NCBI GenBank assembly: GCA_964535935.1
Contig: CAZHWM010000021.1
Location: forward strand, 3,903-67,902
From: an uncultured Planctomycetales bacterium
Lineage (GTDB): Bacteria; Omnitrophota; Gorgyraeia; Zapsychrales; Zapsychraceae
DNA: 64,000 nucleotides
Direction: 5' to 3'
This document shows, piece by piece, positions 55,329 to 63,866 of this stretch. The translations under genes were made by a program, and so were the position numbers. Every line of letters begins with the position of its first letter. The stretch's first letter is position 1. The notes under the pieces were generated by a model that was not told where the DNA came from, did not search any database, and saw only the letters and a program-made list of their open reading frames with translations.

Positions 55329-56924
55329 ATGGATATGAAGGAAATAGGAGATTTAGTTTCTAGATATGAACATGCCGTTACCAATTCAGAGAAAGAAACG
55401 TCTTCAATGTTGCAGGAGATTATAGAGTTTGCAAGATCTTATCCTGTAGAATTACGTAAGATTTTAAGGGCATATCCCTGTTTGTTGAACCGTCCTTCAA
55501 TAGAAGATTATATAGCAGAGTATTCATCTGTTCTTGGAGAGGATATTGCAAAAGGACTTGTTGGAGATATAAAACAATTAGCACAGGAATTAATATCTCG
55601 CGGTAAAAAGAAAGTTGTGTTGTTTAATGCCACTTATACTGCGGGTGGTGTAGCTGAGATGATGCCTCGATTAGGGCATATTTTAAGTCTTGTTGGTATT
55701 GATTTAGAATGGCAGATGATACGGCCGTCTACCGCTTCGTTTTATGATGTAACAAAAAAGATGCATGATATTATTCAGGGTGCGAATGAGGAATTGACCA
55801 AACAGGAATGGGCAATATTAGAACAGGTTGGGAGAGAAAATTTTGAGTTATTTTCTTCTATTTTTTATGATGAAGAGGTTTGTGCGGTGTTTTTTGAGGA
55901 TCCACAGGTAGTTGGCTTGATGAGGTATGCGCTCGCGCAAAGGTTGAAGGGTAAGTTAAGAAAGGATATTTTGTATAGTTTTCGTTTGCATATAGATGTG
56001 AGTGGCATTAAGACCCATCATACAGGTGCTATGGCTATATGGTCGTGGATACGTGATGCAATCAGGCAGTTGTATCCGCATGAAAAGGCTATGTTTCAGC
56101 CTTATTGTGTCCCGGAGGATATGCAGTATGATGGTCGAGTGATAGAGGAGCCGCCCGGGATAGATCCATTAGCTCCGAAAAATCGTCTCATTCTTAAGGA
56201 AGAGATATTTTCTGTTTTGGATAGATTAAAGGTCAAGGAGATGCGAGGCCGCATTATCCCTGTGGATAAGGCCTCTATTGTAATTGGCGCAAGACTTGAT
56301 GGATGGAAAGGTTTGTTTGAGTCATTTCTTGCAGCTCTTCCTATTATTGTTGAAGATAATAATTTGCAGTTGATACTTTTTGGCAATGTTGCTCCTGACG
56401 CACCTGACGGTAGACTTATATATGAACAGATACAGAAGATGTTAGCAACCCCTGAGGCAGGTGCATGCAGGGATAGAGTTTTTTTCGTGGAGTCTCCGGC
56501 AGGTATGGAGGTTGGGGTTTTGTATAGATTGGCTGCTTTAAGTTGTATGCCCTATATAGCTTATTCATTAAAAGAGGGGTATAATTTGATGGTGGTAGAG
56601 GCAGTAATGCAAGGTGCACTTATATTGGTTTCGAATGCAGGAGGATTGCGTCGTTATAAAGAGGCTGGATATAGATGGCTTGTCCCTTTGCCAGAAGGAC
56701 TTGAGCATATAAAAGACCCGTCACATATCGAGCCTGGCCTTAGAAATGAATTAGTGAAAAGGATATCTACTGGGTTAAGGGATTTTATCTCAGCTAGTAA
56801 GGACCCTGCGTTTAGATCGAATTATGAGCAAGAAAGTGTTTATTTAAAAAGACATGCATATATTACTTCTATTCTTCCTATGGCAAGAGATTATCTTAGA
56901 ATTGCTTTGGGGAAGAACGCATAA
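55329..56924 (+). CDS. GT4-family glycosyltransferase, trehalose synthase (TreT)-like, with ~90-aa N-terminal extension
   Basis: 531 aa, RBS aaggggg. From residue ~95, VVLFNATYTAGGVAEMMPRLGHILSLVGIDLEWQMI...FYDVTKKMHDIIQG resembles the TreT N-terminus as I remember it. C-terminal GT-B region with EGYNLMVVEA (E-x7-E-like). Confidence 0.55.
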   Translation: MDMKEIGDLVSRYEHAVTNSEKETSSMLQEIIEFARSYPVELRKILRAYPCLLNRPSIEDYIAEYSSVLGEDIAKGLVGDIKQLAQELISRGKKKVVLFNATYTAGGVAEMMPRLGHILSLVGIDLEWQMIRPSTASFYDVTKKMHDIIQGANEELTKQEWAILEQVGRENFELFSSIFYDEEVCAVFFEDPQVVGLMRYALAQRLKGKLRKDILYSFRLHIDVSGIKTHHTGAMAIWSWIRDAIRQLYPHEKAMFQPYCVPEDMQYDGRVIEEPPGIDPLAPKNRLILKEEIFSVLDRLKVKEMRGRIIPVDKASIVIGARLDGWKGLFESFLAALPIIVEDNNLQLILFGNVAPDAPDGRLIYEQIQKMLATPEAGACRDRVFFVESPAGMEVGVLYRLAALSCMPYIAYSLKEGYNLMVVEAVMQGALILVSNAGGLRRYKEAGYRWLVPLPEGLEHIKDPSHIEPGLRNELVKRISTGLRDFISASKDPAFRSNYEQESVYLKRHAYITSILPMARDYLRIALGKNA

Positions 56925-57006
56925 TATTTATAGACATCCCTAATTTCATATATTTTTTATTTGGCATTAAATAGAGTTCTATATTTGTGTATATAAAATA
57001 TCTGTC

Positions 57007-57041
57007 TTGACATTTGACAAATATATTGCATACTTATTAGT
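57007..57041 (+). promoter_or_regulatory. candidate promoter for the riboswitch-like leader
   Basis: Two overlapping TTGACA hexamers (57007-57012, 57014-57019). The -10 candidates are weak: CATACT (57029-57034) and TATTAG (57036-57041). Confidence 0.3.
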
Positions 57042-57054
57042 AGAGATGTAAGTT

Positions 57055-57190
57055 TGACGATAATGGCAAACCCATCGTAAGGTGGGGGCCCCGTATATAA
57101 TATGTTTGCTGTATACGGGCTCCGGGAACTTCCCGGAGGCAAAGCTATAGGGTCCTTATTTTTAAGGATAGCCTAGCTGCCGAACCAAGC
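57055..57190 (+). promoter_or_regulatory. c-di-GMP-I (GEMM-I)-like riboswitch aptamer candidate with internal insertion
   Basis: GGCAAACC + 6-bp helix CCCAUC/GGUGGG capped by the GNRA loop GUAA (57065-57086). Later GGAGGCAAAGCUAUAGGG-UCCUUA-UUUU-UAAGGA-UAGCCUAGCUGCCGAAC (57135-57185). Closing pairing GGCA/UGCC. The two halves are separated by two extra hairpins (57090-57119, 57120-57138). Confidence 0.5.
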
Positions 57191-57236
57191 TTTATATAGT
57201 AGGTTTATTGCTATGCACAAAGCTATAGTATGAGGC

Positions 57237-57269
57237 AGGCCTGTCCTTATAAAAGGACAGGCCTTTTTT
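57237..57269 (+). terminator. rho-independent terminator (expression platform of the leader)
   Basis: Perfect 10-bp GC-rich stem aggcctgtcc / ggacaggcct, 8-nt loop ttataaaa, then a T-run (57264-57269). It lies 35 nt upstream of the pseudopilin ATG. Confidence 0.85.
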
Positions 57270-57303
57270 GTTGTTAAAGAGGGTTGGGGGGAGGTATTTT
57301 AAT

Positions 57304-57741
57304 ATGCAGTTGGATGTTAGATTAAAAGAATGTCGAGGGATTTCTTTAATTGAGGTTTTACTAAGTGTATTTATTTTGTCAGTTGCAGTGATAGGAGTTA
57401 TTCGCATATATTATTTCGCAGCATATGAGATTAACCTTGCAAGGCATAGTGCCATGGCTGTTAATTTAGCTCAGGCTAGACTTGAGGAACTATTAAATAC
57501 AAAATATAACCATTTAGATACAGCGGATTTTCCTATATCTGAAAATAATGAGGATGGTTTTGTTCTTGATCCTAATGAGAATTTGAATTGTGGTATGGAT
57601 ACGAAACTTTATAGTATAGGGACTGAAGCATATATGGCTGTTGTTACTGTGTGGTGGCAGGAACCGTTCATGGGTGCTCAACGGGATGTGTCCCAGACAT
57701 TACGTACAATAATCACTGATTATGAAGGAAGTGGAGCATGA
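57304..57741 (+). CDS. prepilin-type N-terminal cleavage/methylation domain protein (PilV/GspI-like minor pseudopilin)
   Basis: ATG 57304 after RBS ggggggagg (the track TTG 57268 would overlap the terminator T-run and start only 4 nt after its stem). Class III signal peptide ECRG/ISLIEVLLSVFILSVAVIGV. Confidence 0.8.
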   Translation: MQLDVRLKECRGISLIEVLLSVFILSVAVIGVIRIYYFAAYEINLARHSAMAVNLAQARLEELLNTKYNHLDTADFPISENNEDGFVLDPNENLNCGMDTKLYSIGTEAYMAVVTVWWQEPFMGAQRDVSQTLRTIITDYEGSGA

Positions 57742-58397
57742 ATATGGAAGTTAATCCAATTATTGGAAAAAGTATAAACAATAGAGTTGGTTTTACTTTA
57801 ACTGAATTAATGATAGCAGTCCCACTTGCGGTTGCTATATTGGGACTTACCTTGGGGACATATATTAGTATGGATAAGATGGTCCCAGGTGGTATTGCAC
57901 AGGTGGTTGTTCAATCTTATGGACGGAGTATTTTGGATAGAATAGCACAAGATATACGTTTGGCAACAGAGGCTTACATAGAAGATGCCGGGGATACTCT
58001 TGTGTTAACCATTGATCCGAATGGTACATATGATATGAGTTCGGATGATAGGCATATTGCTTATTATATATCAGGAGAGAAATTATTTTATGATCCTAAT
58101 ATATATGTATCGGGGGATGAGGTTGTATTGTTGGATGGAGTAGGGCATGCGGTGTGGAAAGAAGGGGGAAAACAGATTTTGCCATATTTTCAACGGGATG
58201 ATGAAAGGTGGTATAGATGGCATGATGGTGAATATTTTAAGTGGGGCGGGCACGGCAATGCTTATATGTATGGGGGCAATAATGGCAATATTATAATTAT
58301 ATCTTTTTGTATTCGTAAACATAGTGGAATATTCGCTGATAAGACTTGTAATATGACCACTTCTGTAAAGATGAGAAATACGGATGAGGATATATAG
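57738..58397 (+). CDS. prepilin-type N-terminal cleavage/methylation domain protein (PilW/GspJ-like minor pseudopilin)
   Basis: ATGA overlap with the upstream gene, RBS ggaagtggag. Class III signal peptide NRVG/FTLTELMIAVPLAVAILGL. Confidence 0.75.
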   Translation: MNMEVNPIIGKSINNRVGFTLTELMIAVPLAVAILGLTLGTYISMDKMVPGGIAQVVVQSYGRSILDRIAQDIRLATEAYIEDAGDTLVLTIDPNGTYDMSSDDRHIAYYISGEKLFYDPNIYVSGDEVVLLDGVGHAVWKEGGKQILPYFQRDDERWYRWHDGEYFKWGGHGNAYMYGGNNGNIIIISFCIRKHSGIFADKTCNMTTSVKMRNTDEDI

Positions 58398-58422
58398 CTT
58401 TTATAAGAAAGAGAGGGCTATG

Positions 58423-59943
58423 ATGGACAGAAAAGGTTCTACATTATTGATAGTTTTGAGTGTGATGTCTTTGCTGTCTGTATTAGGTGCTTCTTTGTTA
58501 AAGGTTACAATAAATGATGCAGTAAATGCACGTAGGCAAGTGGATAGTCATAAGGCATTATTTCTTGCTGAGGCAGGATTACAACGTGCAGCATGGTTGA
58601 TAAAACAGGATGATGGTTCTTTAAAGACAAAGGATCATACTGAGAGATTTAGTTTTAAAGATGGCCAGATAGTAGTTAATGATGCAGGTGAGGTTACTAT
58701 TAATATCCATTATTTAGGTAACGATAGGTATAAGGTAACTTCTTCTTCACAATATGGTTCGGTTTCAAAGACATTGTATTCTTTGGATCAGGCAAATGCC
58801 CCTGCTAAGGTATTTGATTATGTTTATTTTATTAATAATTGGGGGTGGTTTTACGGTAGTCCTATCACCTCTTATGGAGACGTGCGATCTAATGGCAGAT
58901 TTGATTTCAAATATGGGCCTACTGTAAACAGCGATATATATGCAGGCAACGAGGTGGGTATTAATGGAACAGTTTATGGTTATGGTAGGCATGAACAGTA
59001 TCAGCATGGCCATTCAGAGACATTGCCTATGCCTAATTTGAATGATTTATCTTATTATAAAAATAATGCTACAGGTACGATTAAAATAGATGGCCATATT
59101 CTAGTTAATGGAGTATTAGGTGATAATTCAGGAGAGAAAGACAATATTGTCCTTATAGGAACACAAAATCATCCTATTGAAATAAATGGGACAGTGGTTA
59201 TAGAAGGCGATGTAGTTGTTTCTGGCTATATTACAGGGCAAGGCGTAATCTATTCAGGGAGGAACATATACGTGCCTAATAATATCATTTATGTTAATCC
59301 ACCTTCAGCGGAACGGCCGGAATATCCAGTAGATGCACCTCCGGATTGGAAAACTGTTGATACATTTGTCGCAGAGAATCAAACCAAAGATTTAGTTGGA
59401 TTTGCTGCAAGCGAAAATATTGTTTTAGGAGACTATACTGCCTCAAAAAATCAATGGATTTTTAATTATTATTTATATTATATGGGGGACGAAGACGTTG
59501 GTATAGATGGTATTCCAGATACAGGAGATGAAGGTGAAGGGGATGGTATATTTGAAGCTCGGTATGAGGACCTTGATGGAGATGGTATAAAAGACGATCA
59601 TTATGTTTTTGCTGATCTGGATACACAGGTAAGTATAACGGATTTTGCTAATGTACCAGCAGGAGTAAAGAAATATTCTGATATAGCTACTAATCCAGAT
59701 ACCTATACACCAGGAGAGACGACAATAGATGGGATATTTTATACAAACCATGCTATAACTGGCAGGCCAGAAGGCGCATGTACTATTAATGGGGCGATTA
59801 TTTCTAAGGATGAAGCTATAGGAATTTCATCTATTGTTATGAATTATGATTGGAGGATTAATTCAAGATATAGTGAAAACGGCAAAAATATAATTGATTT
59901 GCCTTTTGCAAAAAAAGTAACAATATTAAGGTGGTGGGATTAA
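58423..59943 (+). CDS. large PilX/GspK-like pseudopilin-associated protein with acidic Ca-binding-type loops
   Basis: ATG 58423 after gagaggg. N-terminal RKGSTLLIVLSVMSLLSVLGASLL is typical of PilX_N/GspK (no cleavage Gly-Phe). Repetitive beta-rich middle. The segment GDEDVGIDGIPDTGDEGEGDGI...DLDGDGIKDD lies at 59482-59602. Confidence 0.6.
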   Translation: MDRKGSTLLIVLSVMSLLSVLGASLLKVTINDAVNARRQVDSHKALFLAEAGLQRAAWLIKQDDGSLKTKDHTERFSFKDGQIVVNDAGEVTINIHYLGNDRYKVTSSSQYGSVSKTLYSLDQANAPAKVFDYVYFINNWGWFYGSPITSYGDVRSNGRFDFKYGPTVNSDIYAGNEVGINGTVYGYGRHEQYQHGHSETLPMPNLNDLSYYKNNATGTIKIDGHILVNGVLGDNSGEKDNIVLIGTQNHPIEINGTVVIEGDVVVSGYITGQGVIYSGRNIYVPNNIIYVNPPSAERPEYPVDAPPDWKTVDTFVAENQTKDLVGFAASENIVLGDYTASKNQWIFNYYLYYMGDEDVGIDGIPDTGDEGEGDGIFEARYEDLDGDGIKDDHYVFADLDTQVSITDFANVPAGVKKYSDIATNPDTYTPGETTIDGIFYTNHAITGRPEGACTINGAIISKDEAIGISSIVMNYDWRINSRYSENGKNIIDLPFAKKVTILRWWD

Positions 59944-59945
59944 TT

Positions 59946-60497
59946 ATGAAGATATTTAGATTTGTTTTTTTTATTGGGATTTTTTTCTTTTTTCCTGTTT
60001 CTATTTTACATTCTTTTATTATAGATAAAGGTAATATTTCCTCGATGGATACATTAAACTATAATAACCATTCATCATCTACCAAAGATGCTAAACAAAA
60101 GAAAAAACTAATTAAGGAGACTAATCCAGCCTCTGGCAGTAGTGCTACAAAAAGAGATAATAGTTTTCAAGATGCAATATATAAATTACAAAGAGATGCT
60201 ATGTTAAAGGAAAAGAAACGGTTATTACGCCAGTCCGCAGACAGAAGAAATAAGTTGCATTCATATATTAAAACCAATAAACATCCCGATTTAAAATACA
60301 GTTATTTTAATACTTCTCAGAATATAAATAAATCAGTGCGTAGTTACAAGATTGTGAGTCATAAAAAAGAAAAAGATACTTCTAAAGAATTATCAACAGT
60401 TGATAGGATTGCAAATTTTTTGGGATTTATAGTATACATTACGTTTATAGGGGCTATTATAATGTTTTTCGTTAAAGGGGGAAAAACGGCAAAGTGA
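59946..60497 (+). CDS. hypothetical bitopic protein (N-terminal signal/anchor and C-terminal TM), last gene of the pseudopilin operon
   Basis: ATG 59946 after aaggtggtggg. Hydrophobic N-terminus, K/S/N-rich low-complexity middle, C-terminal helix FLGFIVYITFIGAIIMFFV. Confidence 0.4.
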   Translation: MKIFRFVFFIGIFFFFPVSILHSFIIDKGNISSMDTLNYNNHSSSTKDAKQKKKLIKETNPASGSSATKRDNSFQDAIYKLQRDAMLKEKKRLLRQSADRRNKLHSYIKTNKHPDLKYSYFNTSQNINKSVRSYKIVSHKKEKDTSKELSTVDRIANFLGFIVYITFIGAIIMFFVKGGKTAK

Positions 60498-60706
60498 AAT
60501 TATAGCTTTTTAAAATAAGCCTATATATTTTTTTAATAAGGCACAATAAAATTCTTTACAATAATCATCCTCAAGGATATAATAACCTTTCCTTTTTTAT
60601 AAATTTATTTTAAACTATCTTGTAAGTTTATTTTTTTAATATATTATAATAAAAAATAAAACAAATTAAGAAGAATAAAAACTAATAATATGGAGTAAGC
60701 AGTAAG

Positions 60707-61582
60707 ATGGAAAAGTTAAAACTAGGTTTGCCAAAAGGAAGTTTACAGGAGGCTACAATTAAGGTTTTTGAACGAGCAGGTTTCAAGATATATGTATCCC
60801 ATAGGTCGTATTTCCCTTCAATAGATGATCCTGAGATAGAGGCTGTTTTGTTACGGGCACAAGAAATGTCAAGATATGTTGAAGAAGGTGCTCTTGATTG
60901 TGGGATAACAGGAGCTGATTGGGTATTAGAGAATGGTTCAAAGGTTGTATCTCTTGCTGATTTGGTTTATGCGAAACAAACTTCAGTAAAGGTGAGATGG
61001 GTGTTGGCGGTCCCTGAGAAGTCCACCATTAATTCAGTAAAAGATTTGGAAGGTAAAAGAATAGCAACCGAAGTAGTTAATATTACTAAAAATTATTTAA
61101 GAGAAAATGGTGTAAATGCGGATGTGGAGTTTAGCTGGGGTGCAACTGAGGCAAAGGTGGCTACAGGGCTAGTAGACGCTGTCGTGGAATTGACTGAGAC
61201 AGGAAGTAGTTTAAGGGCGCATAAACTTCGTATAGTTTCTACGATTTGTGAATCTACTACACAATTTATTGCTAATGAGCAGGCAATAAATGATCCATGG
61301 AAGAAAGCAAAGATGGATCAGATTACCATGCTTTTAAAAGGTGCTATTGCTGCCGACAATATGGTCGGGCTAAAGATGAATGTCGAGAAAAAGGATCTGG
61401 ATAAAGTTTTGGAAATATTACCGTCTTTAAAGAAACCCACTATTTCTTCTTTAAGTGAGGATGAATGGGTTGCAGTGGAGACGGTTGTGGAGGAAGGCAA
61501 GGTTCGTTCGTTTATTCCGCTTATTAAGAATGCAGGGGCACAAGGAATTATAGAGTATCCATTAAATAAATTGATATATTAA
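60707..61582 (+). CDS. hisG: ATP phosphoribosyltransferase (long form)
   Basis: 291 aa, RBS ggag. N-terminal [21 protein letters not shown]-binding-type [12 protein letters not shown], and a C-terminal regulatory domain. Confidence 0.9.
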   Translation: MEKLKLGLPKGSLQEATIKVFERAGFKIYVSHRSYFPSIDDPEIEAVLLRAQEMSRYVEEGALDCGITGADWVLENGSKVVSLADLVYAKQTSVKVRWVLAVPEKSTINSVKDLEGKRIATEVVNITKNYLRENGVNADVEFSWGATEAKVATGLVDAVVELTETGSSLRAHKLRIVSTICESTTQFIANEQAINDPWKKAKMDQITMLLKGAIAADNMVGLKMNVEKKDLDKVLEILPSLKKPTISSLSEDEWVAVETVVEEGKVRSFIPLIKNAGAQGIIEYPLNKLIY

Positions 61583-61620
61583 TTATATTGGAGTATTGTA
61601 AAAGATAGAGGGTGGTATTT

Positions 61621-61722
61621 ATGCCGTGTGGGAAAAAGAGAAAAAGACGAAAAATTAGAACACACAAACGTAAAAAATTAAGAAAATCATTAAGGCATCT
61701 TAAGAAACGTAAATCCAAGTAA
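61621..61722 (+). CDS. 33-aa highly basic peptide, ribosomal protein bS22-like (AURKAIP1/COX24-type)
   Basis: Not in the ORF track. ATG 61621 follows agagggtgg. It translates as MPCGKKRKRRKIRTHKRKKLRKSLRHLKKRKSK. The pattern GKKRKR.K...HKRKK.LR matches my recollection of bS22 from Bacteroidota/Actinobacteria. Confidence 0.6.
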   Translation: MPCGKKRKRRKIRTHKRKKLRKSLRHLKKRKSK

Positions 61723-61817
61723 TTTATTAAACAATATGTGGCCTTTAGTGGCTGTTAGACACAAGCTGGCAGTTTCCATAGAATTTGGGAATTGTCGTAA
61801 AGATAAAAGGTACGGCT

Positions 61818-62849
61818 ATGCGCAAAACAATTTTTATAGTATGTCTCTTATGCGTGTGGTTGTGGACACCCGTTGTTGCTTCTTATGCCGATGAGGATGT
61901 TTTATTCTATCAAGACAGAATAACTACAGCAGAGGGCTTAGCGCATTATTGTCTTGGATATATGTATGATCTTCTCGGTAAAGAGAAAGATGCAGTTATC
62001 GAGTATAAAGCAGCTGCTGAGGCAGATAGGGAATGTTATCTTATACACCTAAGACTTGCTACGGATTATATCCGATTAGGTAAACTCGATGATGCTGTGT
62101 TGGAGTTAAAGTTAGTAAGTAAATATAAACCTTCAGACTTAAATTCTCATTATCTTCTTGCGTTAATATTTTCTTCCAGAAAAGAATATGGTAAGGCAGC
62201 GGATGAATATGAGATTATTCTTAGATCATTAAGTAAAGAGAATCCGAAGAATATCGAGATTTATGGTTACCTTGCCCAGCTTTACTATTCTCAGAAGAAA
62301 TATGATAAGGCAATTAAACAGTTTGAGAAGATGATAGAACTGGACCCTAAAAACGCCAATGTTATGTATCTATTAGGATCCATATATTTAGAATTAGGCC
62401 GTAAGAAGGAAGCGGTTGATATTCTTAAAAAGGCTATAAAAATAGATCCTAACAACGATGGTAGCTTGAATACACTTGCATATATATACGCCGAAGAGGG
62501 GCAACGGCTTGATGAGGCATTAGATTTTGCGACTCGTGCCCTTGTCATAGATCCGGACAATGGCGCGTATCTTGATAGTTTAGGTTGGGTTTATTATAAA
62601 AAAGGTATGTATAAAAAGGCATTAGAGATATTGAAACGAGCAAATAAAAGATTACGTGATCCGATTATATCAGAACATTTAGGAGACGTTTATTATAAGT
62701 TAAACCGTATAGACGAGGCCTTGAAGTACTGGCAGGGGTCTTTAGAGTTATTACCAGGGCAGACGGAAGTTATACGTAAGATAAATAGTGTGAAAAACGC
62801 TCAGGTCAAGAAAACAGAAAATGCTCCTACGACAACAACCGTTCCTTAA
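61818..62849 (+). CDS. secreted tetratricopeptide-repeat (TPR) protein
   Basis: ATG 61818 gives the signal peptide MRKTIFIVCLLCVWLWTPVVASYA (the track start 61785 is less likely). There are at least 7 TPR-like 34-aa repeats (A..Y..AL..DP.N pattern). Confidence 0.8.
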   Translation: MRKTIFIVCLLCVWLWTPVVASYADEDVLFYQDRITTAEGLAHYCLGYMYDLLGKEKDAVIEYKAAAEADRECYLIHLRLATDYIRLGKLDDAVLELKLVSKYKPSDLNSHYLLALIFSSRKEYGKAADEYEIILRSLSKENPKNIEIYGYLAQLYYSQKKYDKAIKQFEKMIELDPKNANVMYLLGSIYLELGRKKEAVDILKKAIKIDPNNDGSLNTLAYIYAEEGQRLDEALDFATRALVIDPDNGAYLDSLGWVYYKKGMYKKALEILKRANKRLRDPIISEHLGDVYYKLNRIDEALKYWQGSLELLPGQTEVIRKINSVKNAQVKKTENAPTTTTVP

Positions 62850-62913
62850 ATATGAAATTTTATATTTTTATAATTTTTGTTAAGTTTAAGAGTAGGACAT
62901 ATTTTACTTAATA

Positions 62914-63792
62914 ATGAAACACCTTACAATTAAATCCCCTGCCAAGATAAACCTCTTTCTTAAAGTTATTGGGAAGCGTAGTGATGGTTATCATAACATC
63001 ATTACACTATTCGAACGTATCAGTCTTTGTGATGAGATAACATTATCTGAAACAGATGATGCCCAAATACATCTGTCATGTCCTTATTTTGGGGTCCCAG
63101 AAAATGAAGATAACCTCGCTTATAAAGCAGCCCTTCTTTTAAAGGAAAAGATAAAAACAAGACAGGGAGTAAAAATAAAGATAAAGAAGAATATCCCTGT
63201 AGCTGCTGGACTTGGAGGAGGCTCAAGCAATGCAGCTGCTGTATTACTTGGTTTGAATAGATTATGGGGGCTTAACCTGTCCCGTAGAAGTCTTCTATCA
63301 TATGCTAGAAAAATAGGCAGTGATGTCCCTTTTTTTATCTATGACTGTTGTTATGCTATTGGTACGAAACGCGGGGATAGTATACGAGCTGTTGATATAA
63401 AGACTCGGTTATGGCATGTGGTTGTGGTTCCTAAAAGTGAAATACGAGCAGGTGATGTCTATTATAGGTTAAGTAAAAAGCTTAAGGGGACAATGAATAT
63501 ATTGACAAACCCATCTTATAATGTTAGTATTCTTATTCGTTATTTAAAGTCTAATGATATTTTAAGTTTGTCACGTGTATTAAATAATGATTTGGAGCAA
63601 ACAGTTCTTAAAATAAAGCCTTCTTTATTAAGATTGAAACAACAACTTGTTTCTCTGAAGGCAACAACAGCTATGGTATCAGGTAGCGGTCCTGCGGTTT
63701 TTTGTATTACAACAACCCGGGATAAGGCCTGTTATATAAAAAAGATTTTGGCTAAAAGGTTTAGCCGTGTATTTATAGTAAGTACATTTTGA
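62914..63792 (+). CDS. ispE: 4-(cytidine 5'-diphospho)-2-C-methyl-D-erythritol kinase
   Basis: 292 aa. N-terminal PAKINLFLKV..KRSDGYH and GHMP kinase motif IPVAAGLGGGSSNAAA. Confidence 0.9.
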   Translation: MKHLTIKSPAKINLFLKVIGKRSDGYHNIITLFERISLCDEITLSETDDAQIHLSCPYFGVPENEDNLAYKAALLLKEKIKTRQGVKIKIKKNIPVAAGLGGGSSNAAAVLLGLNRLWGLNLSRRSLLSYARKIGSDVPFFIYDCCYAIGTKRGDSIRAVDIKTRLWHVVVVPKSEIRAGDVYYRLSKKLKGTMNILTNPSYNVSILIRYLKSNDILSLSRVLNNDLEQTVLKIKPSLLRLKQQLVSLKATTAMVSGSGPAVFCITTTRDKACYIKKILAKRFSRVFIVSTF

Positions 63793-63866
63793 TACTACGG
63801 CCAGAAATTATTTAATCATAAAAACATGGTCGAGATAAGACACCCTCAGTGAAAGGAGTAGATCCT

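Noticed and set aside
57055-57190. Alternative identities for the structured RNA: SRP (4.5S) RNA, 6S RNA, tmRNA, RNase P RNA.
   Set aside because: The region lacks the SRP domain IV motifs and apical GGAA-type tetraloop context, the RNase P GAGGAAAGUCC block, and a tmRNA tRNA-like end or tag ORF. Its position as a terminated 5' leader of an operon fits a riboswitch better than a stand-alone RNA. 6S cannot be formally excluded without a covariance model.
57268-57303. TTG start at 57268 for the first pseudopilin, as in the ORF track.
   Set aside because: It would overlap the terminator T-run by 2 nt and start only 4 nt after the terminator stem. ATG 57304 has a strong RBS (ggggggagg) and gives a normal-length class III signal peptide.
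56957-57407. Two minus-strand ORFs (56957-57142, 61 aa; 57192-57407, 71 aa) covering the intergenic leader.
   Set aside because: They overlap the structured riboswitch-like RNA, its terminator and the start of the pseudopilin gene. They have no RBS or family similarity. The region is better explained as a + strand non-coding leader.
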